Below are positions 20,099-30,401 of a stretch of DNA of 64,000 nucleotides, one piece after another. Every line of letters begins with the position of its first letter. Position 1 is the stretch's first letter. The stretch comes from an uncultured candidate division Zixibacteria bacterium. GTDB lineage: Bacteria > Zixibacteria > MSB-5A5 > GN15 > FEB-12. A program made the position numbers and the translations under genes. Location: contig CAVTJJ010000006.1 in the NCBI GenBank assembly GCA_963735035.1, positions 416,001 through 480,000 on the forward strand, written 5' to 3'. The notes beneath the pieces are model-generated. The model saw nothing but the letters and a program-made list of their open reading frames with translations, did not search any database and was not told where the DNA came from.

Positions 20099-20212
20099 GC
20101 TATCTCGTCTTTGGGGGGAACTTCAGATAGTTTGGGGGGTTTAGTAATTCCGCTTGCACCCGATGTAATCAGAGCGCACTTTGCACGCCCTGTAAGCTGA
20201 TTTGGAGGATGT

Positions 20213-20530
20213 TTGAGTTTGACGGATAAAATTAAGGCACTCACGGACGAGCAACTTCGGTTGCTGGTCGACTCGATGTGCGTCCAGTTGGGCCGTGGCG
20301 GTCAGGAAGCGGTCCAGGTGGTCAATACGCTCATCAAGGAGACCGTCAAGTTCCGTGACAAGCTCAAACAGGAAACCGGCGAGATCCTGACTGTCAGTGA
20401 TACTCGCATTGCCCTGGAAGCTCTTACCGAGCATCTCAAGGGTCGCAAGCTGACCAATGGTCTGACGCCTGAGCAGAAGGCGCTTACCCAGATTTGGATC
20501 GACCGCCTGACCTTGTTCAAAGCCGTATGA
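20213..20530 (+). CDS. Hypothetical all-alpha protein
   Basis: Strong SD GGAGG before TTG; host-like codon usage; candidate promoter TTGCAC-N17-CACTTT upstream. Confidence 0.75.
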   Translation: MSLTDKIKALTDEQLRLLVDSMCVQLGRGGQEAVQVVNTLIKETVKFRDKLKQETGEILTVSDTRIALEALTEHLKGRKLTNGLTPEQKALTQIWIDRLTLFKAV

Positions 20531-20563
20531 CCGAGCCCCCGGCCCGTAAGCCGGATCGCTCTC

Positions 20564-21673
20564 ATGAAACTATCTCTTTTTGATTACAATCTTCCTCGAG
20601 AACTGATCGCCCAGCATCCGTCGCGGCGACGGGATCAATCGCGTCTGATGGTCCTAAATCGCTCAGGCGGCGAGATTCGTCATGCCCGCTTTTCTGATTC
20701 ACTGGACTATCTCAGGCCGGGTGATGCGCTGGTGGTCAACAACACGCGGGTGTTTAAGGCGAGGCTGCTGGGCAAGCGTGCGACCGGTGGTCAGGTGGAG
20801 ATATTTCTAGTCAGGAAATCGGGATTGCCACGCGTCGATGCCCCGCCTGACGGCGGGCCATCTCCGCTCGCAATGACGGATAGTGGGGCTCAGTCACGGT
20901 CCGCCGAAATCTGGGAGGCGCTGGTACAGCCATCGAAACGGCTCAACGAGGGGGAGAGGATCGCGTTCAGCGAGTCAGATTCTGTCACGCTTGAAAGTTA
21001 CATCGGAGATGGTCGGTGGCGGGTGGCATTCGATTCAACGCCTTCTCGTCAGAGAATCATTTCCAAGTATGGCCATGTGCCGCTGCCGCAGTATATCAAT
21101 CGTGTGGATGCTCCAACTGACATGAAGCGCTACCAGACCGTGTTCGCCAAGGCCGACCAGACCGGAGCGGTGGCGGCGCCGACGGCCGGGTTTCATCTCA
21201 CGCGAAGTCTGCTTCGAAAGATTCATGACAAGGGTGTGGCGTTGTGCGAAGTCACTTTACATGTCGGGCCCGGGACTTTCAAGCCGATCACAGTTGACGA
21301 AATCGAAGCTCATACGGTCGATCCGGAATATGCCACCCTGTCATCCGAGGTCGCCGATACCCTGAATCGTACTCGTCAGGCGGGCGGGCGGATTTTCGCG
21401 GTCGGGACAACTTCGGTGCGGACCCTGGAATCGGCGCCGCACGACGGCGAGCGGATTCTCCCGTTTGAGGGGATGGTCGATCTATATATCCAGCCCGGTC
21501 ATCAATTTCGATTTGTAGACCACCTGGTTACCAATTTCCATCTTCCTAAGTCATCGCTTCTGGTGTTAGTGGCGGCCTTTGCTGGGCGCGAGCAGGTTCT
21601 CGGTGCGTATGCCGAAGCCGTCGCTAACGAGTACCGGTTCTACAGTTACGGCGACGCCATGTTGATCCTATAA
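20564..21673 (+). CDS. queA: S-adenosylmethionine:tRNA ribosyltransferase-isomerase
   Basis: FDYNLPRELIAQHP, GAVAAPTAG, TLHVGPGTF, VGTTSVRTLES, TNFHLPKS, YRFYSYGDAMLI. Confidence 0.97.
   Translation: MKLSLFDYNLPRELIAQHPSRRRDQSRLMVLNRSGGEIRHARFSDSLDYLRPGDALVVNNTRVFKARLLGKRATGGQVEIFLVRKSGLPRVDAPPDGGPSPLAMTDSGAQSRSAEIWEALVQPSKRLNEGERIAFSESDSVTLESYIGDGRWRVAFDSTPSRQRIISKYGHVPLPQYINRVDAPTDMKRYQTVFAKADQTGAVAAPTAGFHLTRSLLRKIHDKGVALCEVTLHVGPGTFKPITVDEIEAHTVDPEYATLSSEVADTLNRTRQAGGRIFAVGTTSVRTLESAPHDGERILPFEGMVDLYIQPGHQFRFVDHLVTNFHLPKSSLLVLVAAFAGREQVLGAYAEAVANEYRFYSYGDAMLIL
20821..20878 (-). repeat. CGTC-tagged palindromic element inside the queA coding sequence
   Basis: Minus strand CGTCATTGCGAG...[CCCGCCGTCAGGCGGG]...CGTGGCAATCCC, same family as intergenic 13178-13219. 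Confidence 0.75.
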
Positions 21674-21714
21674 ACGCTTTCCTGGCACGGTTTGGGGACC
21701 TATATTCGGGGCCG

Positions 21715-22407
21715 ATGAAAACCTCGGCACTAATTGTAGCGGCCGGAAGCTCGGTCCGGTTTGGCGGGGCCTTGCCCAAGCAGTTTCGCACACTGGCGGG
21801 CAAGCCGCTGCTGGTATGGGCTATCCAGCGATTCGAAGAAGCCGCGTCGATTGACGATATCACCCTGGTCGTTGCGAAAGACCAGATTCAGTACACGCAG
21901 GAAAAGGTCCTCGCCCCTTACGATTTCAAGAAAGTCATCGGCGTGATGGCGGGAGGAGCGACACGGCAGGAATCGGTTCTTCGAGGTCTGGAGAGCTTCT
22001 CGACTTCGACGCGTCTGATAGCAATACACGATGGCGCCCGGCCCTTGGTGTCACCGGTCGATATCGATGCGGTAGTCAAAGAAGCCGCTACTCACAAAGC
22101 GGCAATATTGGCGACCCGTGTGATCGAGACGGTAAAGCGGGTCAAAGACGGATATATCCTCTCGACCCAGGACCGGAACGATCTTTGGACAGCCCAGACC
22201 CCGCAAGTGTTCGAGTACAGCCTGATTGTAGCGGCGCATCGCCGTGCGGCCGTGGCCGGACAAGATGCAACTGACGACGCCGCTCTGGTCGAGACCGCGG
22301 GTTACAAAGTCTGCGTGGTCGAAGCGACCGCTCCAAATCTGAAGATCACTAACCGCGAAGATATGAAACTGGCTGAGGCGCTCTTAAAAGGGGGCGGTGA
22401 TGTCTGA
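21715..22407 (+). CDS. ispD: MEP cytidylyltransferase
   Basis: [11 protein letters not shown]...[34 protein letters not shown]. Confidence 0.95.
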   Translation: MKTSALIVAAGSSVRFGGALPKQFRTLAGKPLLVWAIQRFEEAASIDDITLVVAKDQIQYTQEKVLAPYDFKKVIGVMAGGATRQESVLRGLESFSTSTRLIAIHDGARPLVSPVDIDAVVKEAATHKAAILATRVIETVKRVKDGYILSTQDRNDLWTAQTPQVFEYSLIVAAHRRAAVAGQDATDDAALVETAGYKVCVVEATAPNLKITNREDMKLAEALLKGGGDV

Positions 22408-22903
22408 CAGCAAGCTTTCCCGAATGAGAATAGGGCAAGGGTTTGACATCCACCGTCTGGTGGCTGGGCGTCGGTTGGTACTCGGCGGGGTAGAAATCCC
22501 GTTCGAGAAGGGACTGCTCGGCCACAGCGATGCCGATGTGTTGCTTCATGCCATCGCCGACGCGCTTCTGGGCACGGCCGCTTTGGGCGATATCGGCCGC
22601 CATTTTCCGCCGTCCGATCCCAAATTCAAAGACGCCGACTCGGCAGAACTGCTCGCGCAGGTAGTCCGAAAACTATACGCGGCGGGATGTGACGATATCT
22701 GCAATGTCGATTGTACGGTGATGGCCGAACTTCCGAAACTGCTGCCGTATATCGAAACGATGCGCAATCGTATCGCCGAGATTCTCAAGATCACGCCGGA
22801 TCGTGTGAGTGTGAAGGCTACTACCTGTGAAGGGCTCGGGTTTGTCGGACGCGAAGAAGGTATTGCCGCGTCAGCCGTCTGCCTGGCGATCTTCCATGAG
22901 TGA
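22400..22903 (+). CDS. ispF: MECDP synthase
   Basis: [39 protein letters not shown]. Confidence 0.96.
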   Translation: MSDSKLSRMRIGQGFDIHRLVAGRRLVLGGVEIPFEKGLLGHSDADVLLHAIADALLGTAALGDIGRHFPPSDPKFKDADSAELLAQVVRKLYAAGCDDICNVDCTVMAELPKLLPYIETMRNRIAEILKITPDRVSVKATTCEGLGFVGREEGIAASAVCLAIFHE

Positions 22904-23528
22904 CTATTTGCCACAAATCAACGTCTGGCTTGATCAGGTGTTCGCGCACGGTTCGCTATGGGTGTACCTGGCGATTTTGGTGGCGTGCATGATCGAGAAT
23001 TTCTTCCCGCCATTTCCCGGTGATGCGTTCATAGTGGCGGCAGGTTGTCTGGTGGCGCTGGATCGTCTCGATCCGGCGTGGGCAATGACCGCAGTCTGTG
23101 TCGGCGGGATGATTTCGGCGGTGACCATGTATGGTATCGGACATCATTTTGGGCGCGGGTTCTTCATCAGGAAGAATTATCGCTACTTTTCGGCGAGGCA
23201 CATCGCCCGGGCCGAGGCCAAATTCGACCGCTGGGGTGGCCTGATCTTGGTAAGTTCGCGTTTCGCGGTCGGGATTCGGGTGGCGCTGCTGGTGGGAGCC
23301 GGGATCGCCGCTTATCCGGTCTACCGGTTGATCGCCTATACGCTGATTTCGTACCTTTTGTTTTCCAGCCTTCTGATGTTTCTTGGGTACAAATTGGTGG
23401 CGCATCTGGACCAGATTAAGTCCTTCCTGGCCACCTACAATTACATCGCGTGGGTGATTATTGTTGCGCTAGTCGCCTGGTATCTGTTTCGTCGGGCCAA
23501 AAAGAGGCGCAGAGGCAAAGAGAATTGA
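22896..23528 (+). CDS. DedA family membrane protein
   Basis: [17 protein letters not shown]...SRF..GIR. Confidence 0.9.
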   Translation: MSDYLPQINVWLDQVFAHGSLWVYLAILVACMIENFFPPFPGDAFIVAAGCLVALDRLDPAWAMTAVCVGGMISAVTMYGIGHHFGRGFFIRKNYRYFSARHIARAEAKFDRWGGLILVSSRFAVGIRVALLVGAGIAAYPVYRLIAYTLISYLLFSSLLMFLGYKLVAHLDQIKSFLATYNYIAWVIIVALVAWYLFRRAKKRRRGKEN

Positions 23529-24542
23529 AAGTACTAGTATTAGTCGGCGGTGATTCCAACGAACGGGCGGTATCGCTCAACAGCGGCGCGGCGATCTGCA
23601 AAGCGCTCATGAAGCTGGGGCATGAGGTCAAGGCGCTCGACTCCGGCACGGGGCAGTCTTTGATCGATAGCAATGGTCGCCTTCTGCTCGAAGGTGGCAA
23701 GGCGCCCTACGATGTCGCTTCAATAGCGACACCCGAACCGGGTGCGCTGGTCAAGTCGTTTGCGACCGATTACCGCGATGTCGATGTCGTTTTCCTGGCT
23801 CTGCATGGCGGCAAGGGCGAGAACGGCACGATCCAGAATCTGTTGGAACTGGCGGGAAAGAAATACACCGGATCCGGTATGGCGGCGTCGGCAGTGGCAA
23901 TGGACAAGGCGTTGGCCAAGCGGCTGATGGTTGCGGCCGGTGTGCCAACACCCGATGGCAGGATGTTCCGTCTGTCTTCCGAAATCACACCGGAGTCTGT
24001 CGTAAAGCAGATCGCTGATACTCTGCCTCTGCCACTGATTGTAAAGCCTAATGACGGCGGCTCGACTATCGGCCTGACCAAAGTGACCGAGAAGTCACAA
24101 ATACTCGAAGCGGTCAAGCAGTGTGCGATTCACAGCCGCGAAGTTCTGGTCGAGCGATATATTTCCGGTCGCGAGCTGACCGTTACAGTTTTCGACGGCC
24201 GCGCCTATCCGATTGTTGAAATCCGTCCCAAAGGCGGACTGTACGACTACGAGGCCAAGTACACGAAGGGGAAGAGCGAATACATCGCCCCCGCCGATGT
24301 CCCCGCCGATATCGCAGGAAGAATTCAGAAGGCGGCTACAGCGGTGTTTGAAGTAATTCGGTTGCCGCGGGCTCGCCCGGGTTGACTTCATCCTGGAACC
24401 GGACGGAAGGTTCTACTGTCTGGAAATTAACACTCTGCCCGGGATGACCGCGCTGTCGCTCGCACCGATGGCGTTCAAGTGCGAGGGGATAGAGTTCGAC
24501 AAACTGGTGGCTATGATCATCGAATCGGCCCTGAAAGATTGA
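23525..24542 (+). CDS. ddl: D-alanine--D-alanine ligase (frameshift at about 24357)
   Basis: GGDSNERAVSL.SG, LHGGKGENG, MDK, YDYEAKY; ARVDF...LEINTLPGMT in the +1 frame. Confidence 0.92.
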
Positions 24543-24549
24543 TTCATAC

Positions 24550-25287
24550 ATGGAAAAACTTAGACCGCGCGCCCTCATATTTGATCTCGGCTCAACTCTG
24601 ATCGAATACGAATCGATCCCCTGGGACGAGCTCAACCTGATTTGCCTGGAGTCCGGGCGGCAATTCCTGATGACCAAAGGATACGACTTGCCGTCACGTG
24701 ACGTAGTAGAACAGACGTTTGAGGACATTAGGTCGGCGTATCGACGGGAAGCATCGGAGTCTCTGATCGAATGGGATGTGCCCACGGTCGTATCGCGCAT
24801 GTTCGATGCGCTTAATATCACCTACGATGATGCCCTGGTGGACGCTTTCTTCGACGCTTATTACGAGCCGGTCGATCGGGAGTTGTACATATTTGGGGAT
24901 ACGCTCGAGACTTTGGCTGTTCTGAAGAAGACTTATCCGGTGATGGGGCTGGTTTCGAATACGGTCTTTCCGGAGCGCGCCCACATGAGGGAGCTGGACC
25001 GGTTTGGCATAGCGCCGTTTCTGAAATTCACGGTGTTCAGTTCCACGTTTGGGCTTCGCAAGCCGCACGGTGATATTTTCATACAGGCCTGCAATCTGGC
25101 CGGGTACGCGCCGCCCGAATGTCTGTACGTGGGTGATCGATATATCGAGGATGTTCTCGGGCCGACCGGGATCGGAATGAACGCGATTCTCAAAGCCAAA
25201 GCGGGTCGCGAGTACCCGTCTGACATGCCGACATCGTTGCGTAAGATCGACAATCTAATCGAGCTGCTGGATCACCTGGAACATTAG
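24550..25287 (+). CDS. HAD superfamily hydrolase
   Basis: FDLGSTL, VSN, RKPH, YVGDRYIEDV. Confidence 0.88.
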   Translation: MEKLRPRALIFDLGSTLIEYESIPWDELNLICLESGRQFLMTKGYDLPSRDVVEQTFEDIRSAYRREASESLIEWDVPTVVSRMFDALNITYDDALVDAFFDAYYEPVDRELYIFGDTLETLAVLKKTYPVMGLVSNTVFPERAHMRELDRFGIAPFLKFTVFSSTFGLRKPHGDIFIQACNLAGYAPPECLYVGDRYIEDVLGPTGIGMNAILKAKAGREYPSDMPTSLRKIDNLIELLDHLEH

Positions 25288-25372
25288 GCCGTTCCGGCAG
25301 TTGCACTGGAAATACGACTGCAATATATTGCCGCCATTGCATTTTGGATGGACTAGCCGGAAGAGGTGATGT

Positions 25373-26449
25373 GTGGACAAAGTTGAACTGCTGCTGAAAG
25401 AACTTACCGAGACCGATGGCGTCTCCGGCCATGAGACCGATATCCGCCGCCTGATGGCGCGTGAGTTGAAGCGGGTGACCGACAGCCTTCACTATGACAA
25501 GATGGGCTCGATCATGGGGGTCAAGAAGGGGGCGTCGGACAAGCCTCGGATCATGGTTGTGGCTCATATGGATGAGATCGGTTTCATGGTGCGCGAGATC
25601 ACGAGCGAAGGATATATCAAGTTTCTGCCGCTGGGCGGCTGGTGGGGGCACGTCGCGCTCGGCCAGCGGTTGCGCGTACTGACCTCAAAAGGCCCGGTGA
25701 TTGGTGTGGTTGGTTCCAAGCCGCCGCATTTGCTTCCGGACGACGAACGCAAGAAGGTCATCGACATCAAGGATATGTTCCTCGACTGCGGTGTGATGGA
25801 GAAGTTTGATCTCGAGAAGAAGTTCGGCATCAAAGTTGGCGATCCTATCGTCCCGGACAGCCAGTTCACGATCATGAACAATGACAAGCTGTACCTCTCC
25901 AAGGCGTTCGATAATCGGATGGCCTGTGGCGTCGTGATCGAAGTTCTCAAGAAGCTCAACAAAGTCAAGCACCCGAATACGATTCTGGGATGCGGATCGG
26001 TACAGGAAGAAATCGGGCTGCGCGGCGCCCAGACCATAGCGCACCTGGGTGAACCGGACGTCTGCATCGTGTGTGATGTCGGCATAGCACAGGATGTCCC
26101 CCCGGACGGCTTCAAGAAGGCCGAAAAGCTCGGGGCCGGGCCGGGCATTCTGGTTATGGATGCCACGATGCTTCCGAATGTCGGACTCAAGAACCTGGTG
26201 GTCAAGACCGCCGAGACCGGACGCATTCCGTACCATCTGACGACCATGGATCGGGGTGGTACCGATGGCGGTCGGGTGCATGTCAGCCGAGTAGGGGTGC
26301 CGTCGATCGTGATCGGCGCACCGGTGCGATACATACACAGCCACAACGGAATACTGTCGCGGGCCGACTATGACAATACGATCAAGCTGGTGGCCGAGGT
26401 AATAAAGAGGCTGGACGCCAAAACGGTGAAATCATTCACGGAGGCTTAG
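25373..26449 (+). CDS. M42 family aminopeptidase
   Basis: AHMDEIG, KAFDNR, QEEIGLRGA, GGTDG, RYIHS. Confidence 0.92.
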   Translation: MDKVELLLKELTETDGVSGHETDIRRLMARELKRVTDSLHYDKMGSIMGVKKGASDKPRIMVVAHMDEIGFMVREITSEGYIKFLPLGGWWGHVALGQRLRVLTSKGPVIGVVGSKPPHLLPDDERKKVIDIKDMFLDCGVMEKFDLEKKFGIKVGDPIVPDSQFTIMNNDKLYLSKAFDNRMACGVVIEVLKKLNKVKHPNTILGCGSVQEEIGLRGAQTIAHLGEPDVCIVCDVGIAQDVPPDGFKKAEKLGAGPGILVMDATMLPNVGLKNLVVKTAETGRIPYHLTTMDRGGTDGGRVHVSRVGVPSIVIGAPVRYIHSHNGILSRADYDNTIKLVAEVIKRLDAKTVKSFTEA

Positions 26450-26455
26450 AAGGTT

Positions 26456-27850
26456 ATGCCGCTCGTCTTTCGCAATAGCATGTCGCGCGTCAAAGAGGAA
26501 TTCAAACCGATCATTCCGGGAACGGTGCGGATGTACACCTGCGGACCTACCGTGTATGATTTCGCCCACATCGGCAATTTTAGGGCGTACACTTTCGAAG
26601 ACCTCCTGCGGCGGTATCTCAAATACAAGGGATACCAGGTCACGCAGGTGATGAACCTGACCGACGTGGACGACAAGACCATCCGCGACTCCCGCGCCCA
26701 GGGAATCACTCTGAAACAACACACGGCCAAATTCGAAAAGGCGTTCTTCGAAGATCTCAACTCGCTGCGCATCGAGCCGGCCGAACACTATCCGGCGGCG
26801 ACCGATCATGTGCCGGAAATGATCGTGATTATCAAGAAGCTGATCGAAAAGGGATTGGCTTATCAGGCCGATGGGAGCTGGTATTTCAAAATTTCGGCGT
26901 TCCCCGATTATGGCAAGCTGGCGCATCTGGACAAGAGCGGCATGAAAGCGGGTGCGCGGGTAGCGGCCGACGAGTACGAGAAGGAATCGGTCTCGGATTT
27001 CGCGCTGTGGAAGGCGTGGGATGAATCCGACGGCGATGTGTTCTGGGAGACCGAACTTGGCAAGGGACGGCCCGGCTGGCATATAGAATGCTCGGCTATG
27101 TCATCGAAATATCTCGGCAATCATTTTGACATCCACACGGGCGGGGTCGATAACATGTTCCCGCACCATGAGAATGAAATCGCCCAGTCTGAGGGCGCCA
27201 ATGGCGAGACGTTTGTCAATTACTGGATGCATTGCGAGTTCCTCAATATAGAGGGACGCAAGATGTCCAAGTCGCTGGGCAATTTCTATACGCTCAAGGA
27301 CCTGCTGGAGAAGGGGTATTCGCCGCTGGCCATTCGATATCAATTGCTTTCGACCCACTATCGGATGCAGTTGAATTTCACGCTCGATGGCCTCGATCAG
27401 GCGGCCAAATCGCTCGAACGGTACAACGATTTCATCACGAATCTGACCGAGTTTTCGGGTGGACAGTCGAGCGGCGAGGCGGAGGAGATAGTCAAGCGAT
27501 TGGAAACTGATTTCGAAGCCGCCATGGATGATGATCTGAATATCTCGCCGGCGCTCGGGGCGGTGTTTGATTTCATTCGCGATATCAACCGACTTCGTTC
27601 GGAGAACAAATTGTCGGCGGCGGAACGGGACAAGGCGCTGACAGCGATTCATCGGATCGACAAAGTGCTGGATTTTCAGATCAAGCAGGAATCACTCGAC
27701 AGCAAGGTAGAGGGTCTCATTGCGGAGCGAAGTCAGGCCCGGAAGAACCGAAATTTCGCCGAGTCAGACCGGATCCGCGACGAACTGCTCAAGATGGGGA
27801 TCGTGCTCGAGGACACCGCTCAGGGTGTCAAGTGGAAGCGGAAGATGTAG
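26456..27850 (+). CDS. cysS: Cysteine--tRNA ligase
   Basis: CGPTVY, HIGN, DFALWK, GRPGWHIECSAM, KMSKS. Confidence 0.98.
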   Translation: MPLVFRNSMSRVKEEFKPIIPGTVRMYTCGPTVYDFAHIGNFRAYTFEDLLRRYLKYKGYQVTQVMNLTDVDDKTIRDSRAQGITLKQHTAKFEKAFFEDLNSLRIEPAEHYPAATDHVPEMIVIIKKLIEKGLAYQADGSWYFKISAFPDYGKLAHLDKSGMKAGARVAADEYEKESVSDFALWKAWDESDGDVFWETELGKGRPGWHIECSAMSSKYLGNHFDIHTGGVDNMFPHHENEIAQSEGANGETFVNYWMHCEFLNIEGRKMSKSLGNFYTLKDLLEKGYSPLAIRYQLLSTHYRMQLNFTLDGLDQAAKSLERYNDFITNLTEFSGGQSSGEAEEIVKRLETDFEAAMDDDLNISPALGAVFDFIRDINRLRSENKLSAAERDKALTAIHRIDKVLDFQIKQESLDSKVEGLIAERSQARKNRNFAESDRIRDELLKMGIVLEDTAQGVKWKRKM

Positions 27851-27869
27851 CGGCGCCTTGTGGGGATAT

Positions 27870-27927
27870 GTAGGTCGGGACCCTTGTGGTCCCGACAGAT
27901 GTCGGGGTGACAAGCATCCCGACCTAC
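27870..27927. repeat. Inverted GTAG-tagged REP doublet (REPIN-like)
   Basis: GTAG-GTCGGGACC-cttgt-GGTCCCGAC-agat-GTCGGGGTG-acaag-CATCCCGAC-CTAC. Confidence 0.8.
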
Positions 27928-27972
27928 AAGACTTGATGCATCGGAGTCGAATTACGATCGGTAGGTATTGCA

Positions 27973-28386
27973 GTGAGCGCTATGGTCAAAATCCTCCGTA
28001 TATGTGTGCTGGTAAGCTCTCTGAGTCTGGTTGCAGTAGTCTTTCTCGCGTATTACTTTCAGAAGACCGTGGTCCTCAATCCATATGTATCAGACGGTCG
28101 GCTTGTCGGGCTGTCGTACGAGATCATGGTGGACCTTTATGGCGCTCCCGAGATGGAGGATAATCGGATTGTCACTTGGGAGGATGGACGGAGTCACCGC
28201 TTCGTAGGGTTGGACATGTACTTCCCTATGATGCGGGCAGGAGATTCAGTGCTGATTAAGCACTTGCGCTGGATGTGCGGCGAGGATAGGCAGAGGGACA
28301 CAGAATTATACTGGAATGGAAGCTACTGGAGTGTGTTTCGTAGCGTGGAGGCGCCGCATAATGTGCCCTTGAGGGGACCGCTATGA
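27973..28386 (+). CDS. Hypothetical membrane-anchored protein
   Basis: N-terminal TM; similarity to the next ORF. Confidence 0.65.
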   Translation: MSAMVKILRICVLVSSLSLVAVVFLAYYFQKTVVLNPYVSDGRLVGLSYEIMVDLYGAPEMEDNRIVTWEDGRSHRFVGLDMYFPMMRAGDSVLIKHLRWMCGEDRQRDTELYWNGSYWSVFRSVEAPHNVPLRGPL

Positions 28387-28458
28387 GCAGTGAGTGAAGT
28401 GCCATGGTGCCTTAAGTGACCCGTCAACCTAGTTTTTGGTTAGATAGAGGAAATCGCC

Positions 28459-28926
28459 ATGCAAAGGAAAGACCCGTTGGTGCAAACGCCGACGGCGGTG
28501 TGGTCCAATAGCGCAAGGTCTTTGTGCGAAATGACTTTGGAGTGTTGCCTGGCAATCGTCTGTGGTATAGCGGCGTTGAATTTGAGCTGTGGAGATCATC
28601 GAGAACCACAGATACAGTGCGGCCACGTCGAGTTGCCCAGTGCTAATCTGGACGACATGGGCCTACACGATAATATGATCATTTCCAAGTACGGCAATCA
28701 GACTGGCGAAGGCGAATGCGATGTGACATTGACTTCACCTCCCGATCCGCGTGGCGGGTACCTGCAACACAGTATTCCGCTTATGCAGGAGGATGACACG
28801 GTACATGTGAGAGTCATGTTCTGGAAATACTCTGACGGACGATTCAAGTATAGGTGGCTATTGCAGTCTCAAGGGAGCTGGCGGGTGTTCCATGGTATCG
28901 ATTACAGAGGCATCGCTGATGAATGA
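28459..28926 (+). CDS. Hypothetical protein, possible lipoprotein
   Basis: SD AGAGGA; hydrophobic stretch ending LNLSC; similarity to the previous ORF. Confidence 0.65.
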   Translation: MQRKDPLVQTPTAVWSNSARSLCEMTLECCLAIVCGIAALNLSCGDHREPQIQCGHVELPSANLDDMGLHDNMIISKYGNQTGEGECDVTLTSPPDPRGGYLQHSIPLMQEDDTVHVRVMFWKYSDGRFKYRWLLQSQGSWRVFHGIDYRGIADE

Positions 28927-29029
28927 TTGTGTGTCGGGTGGGGGGCAAGCAATCGATCGTTCCAGCAGATCTTGCTCGGCTGTCCGCTTCAGCGGACGAT
29001 CGAGTGTGACCTGCCGGCGTCATGTTCAG

Positions 29030-29084
29030 GCGTCAGGTCACATTCCCGTTCCGCCTTGGGCGGCCCGGGAACAAGACCTGACGC
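29030..29084. repeat. Nested palindromic element
   Basis: GCGTCAGGTC...CCGCCttgGGCGG...GACCTGACGC; homologous to 61939-61993 (inverted). Confidence 0.7.
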
Positions 29085-29164
29085 AACAACCGGTGGTGCT
29101 GTCTGTTGCTGCAAGACTTGCGCTGACGGCTTTCAATCGCTAAATTCCCCCCGCTTATAAACCG

Positions 29165-29237
29165 GCCGGCGTAACTCAGTTGGTAGAGTACCTGATTTGT
29201 AATCAGGCTGTCCTCGGTTCGATTCCGGGCGCCGGCT
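29165..29237 (+). tRNA. tRNA-Thr(TGT), CCA not encoded
   Basis: GCCGGCG...CCTGA-TT-TGT-AA-TCAGG...TTCGA...CGCCGGC-T. Confidence 0.95.
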
Positions 29238-29263
29238 CTTTACTTTCCAAACGAGATTGCTCA

Positions 29264-30379
29264 ATGAATATGAAAACTTCCATACGAATCAGCGCGCTCG
29301 GTATCAGTCTATTCCTGATTGCCGGCTCCATCCTCGCCCAAACGGACTCCCTGCCGCCCATCAACGACGGCCCCTATGTCATTTGGACCGAACCCCACAA
29401 GGCTGAGGTGCTCTATATCTGCAATGATTCGCTGATCGAACGAGAGTATACCGATGTCGACACCCTGCATATTCGCGCCGGCTGCGATGATTCAGCGCCC
29501 ATGCTGGACATTCCAGCGACCCTATCAGCCGTCAAGCCGGACAGCTTCCCGAACGTTACCAAATTCTTCGCGGTCAGCGACATTCACGGCGAATACGAGG
29601 CACTCGTACAACTCCTTAGGAAAGCCGGAGTCATCGACAGCGCTCTGGCCTGGTCGTGGGGGAAAGGGCACCTGGTGGTTGTCGGCGATGTCGGCGACCG
29701 GGGCGACAAAGTAACCGAGGTCTATTGGCTGATCTATCGTTTGGAACAGGAAGCTCAGCGCGTGGGTGGAGACGTTCATTTCGTGATCGGCAATCACGAC
29801 AAGATGGATTTGCGCGGCGAGAGTCGGGATGTCAACGAAGTTTATTCGCGAGGCGTGGTGCTGAAGTCCCGGCTCACGTTGCGCGATTTGCTCGGGCCGG
29901 ACACTGAACTGGGCCAGTGGCTCCGCACCAGAAATGCCATTATCAAACTCAACACGGTGATTTTCGTACACGGCGGGCTCAGCCCGCAACTCGCGGAACG
30001 TGGATGGAGCATTACTGAAATCAACCGCCGGGTTCGCGAATACCTGGAGCTTAGGGGCACCCAGGTGGAGTTCAGTGATGAGCCGAAATTTCTCACCAGC
30101 GTCCTGGGCCCTCTTTGGTACCGGGGCTTCTTCCGGTCGGTGGAAGGCAAATACAACCAATTGACCGAGCCGGAAGTGCGCCAGGTACTGCTGAATTTCG
30201 GAGCCTCGGCTGTGGTAGTGGGGCATAGCCAGCATGAACATATCGATGGCTACTTTGGAGGCCTCGTATGGGGTGCCGATAATATCGTGGCAGGTCCAGA
30301 AATGATGGAGGGACTCCTCTGGCAGGACGATCACTACTACCGAGTATCCGGCGACGGCTCGCGAGTGCAACTACAATAA
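29264..30379 (+). CDS. Secreted calcineurin-like metallophosphoesterase (Shewanella-like phosphatase type)
   Basis: Signal peptide; SDIHG, GDVGDRG, GNHD, FVHGG, GPLWYRG, VVGHS. Confidence 0.88.
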   Translation: MNMKTSIRISALGISLFLIAGSILAQTDSLPPINDGPYVIWTEPHKAEVLYICNDSLIEREYTDVDTLHIRAGCDDSAPMLDIPATLSAVKPDSFPNVTKFFAVSDIHGEYEALVQLLRKAGVIDSALAWSWGKGHLVVVGDVGDRGDKVTEVYWLIYRLEQEAQRVGGDVHFVIGNHDKMDLRGESRDVNEVYSRGVVLKSRLTLRDLLGPDTELGQWLRTRNAIIKLNTVIFVHGGLSPQLAERGWSITEINRRVREYLELRGTQVEFSDEPKFLTSVLGPLWYRGFFRSVEGKYNQLTEPEVRQVLLNFGASAVVVGHSQHEHIDGYFGGLVWGADNIVAGPEMMEGLLWQDDHYYRVSGDGSRVQLQ

Positions 30380-30401
30380 CGCAGGGATTTGTAATTTCCC
30401 C

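Noticed and set aside
27850..29160. Integron cassettes
   Set aside because: No RYYYAAC...GTTRRRY attC structure after the stop codons and no integrase.
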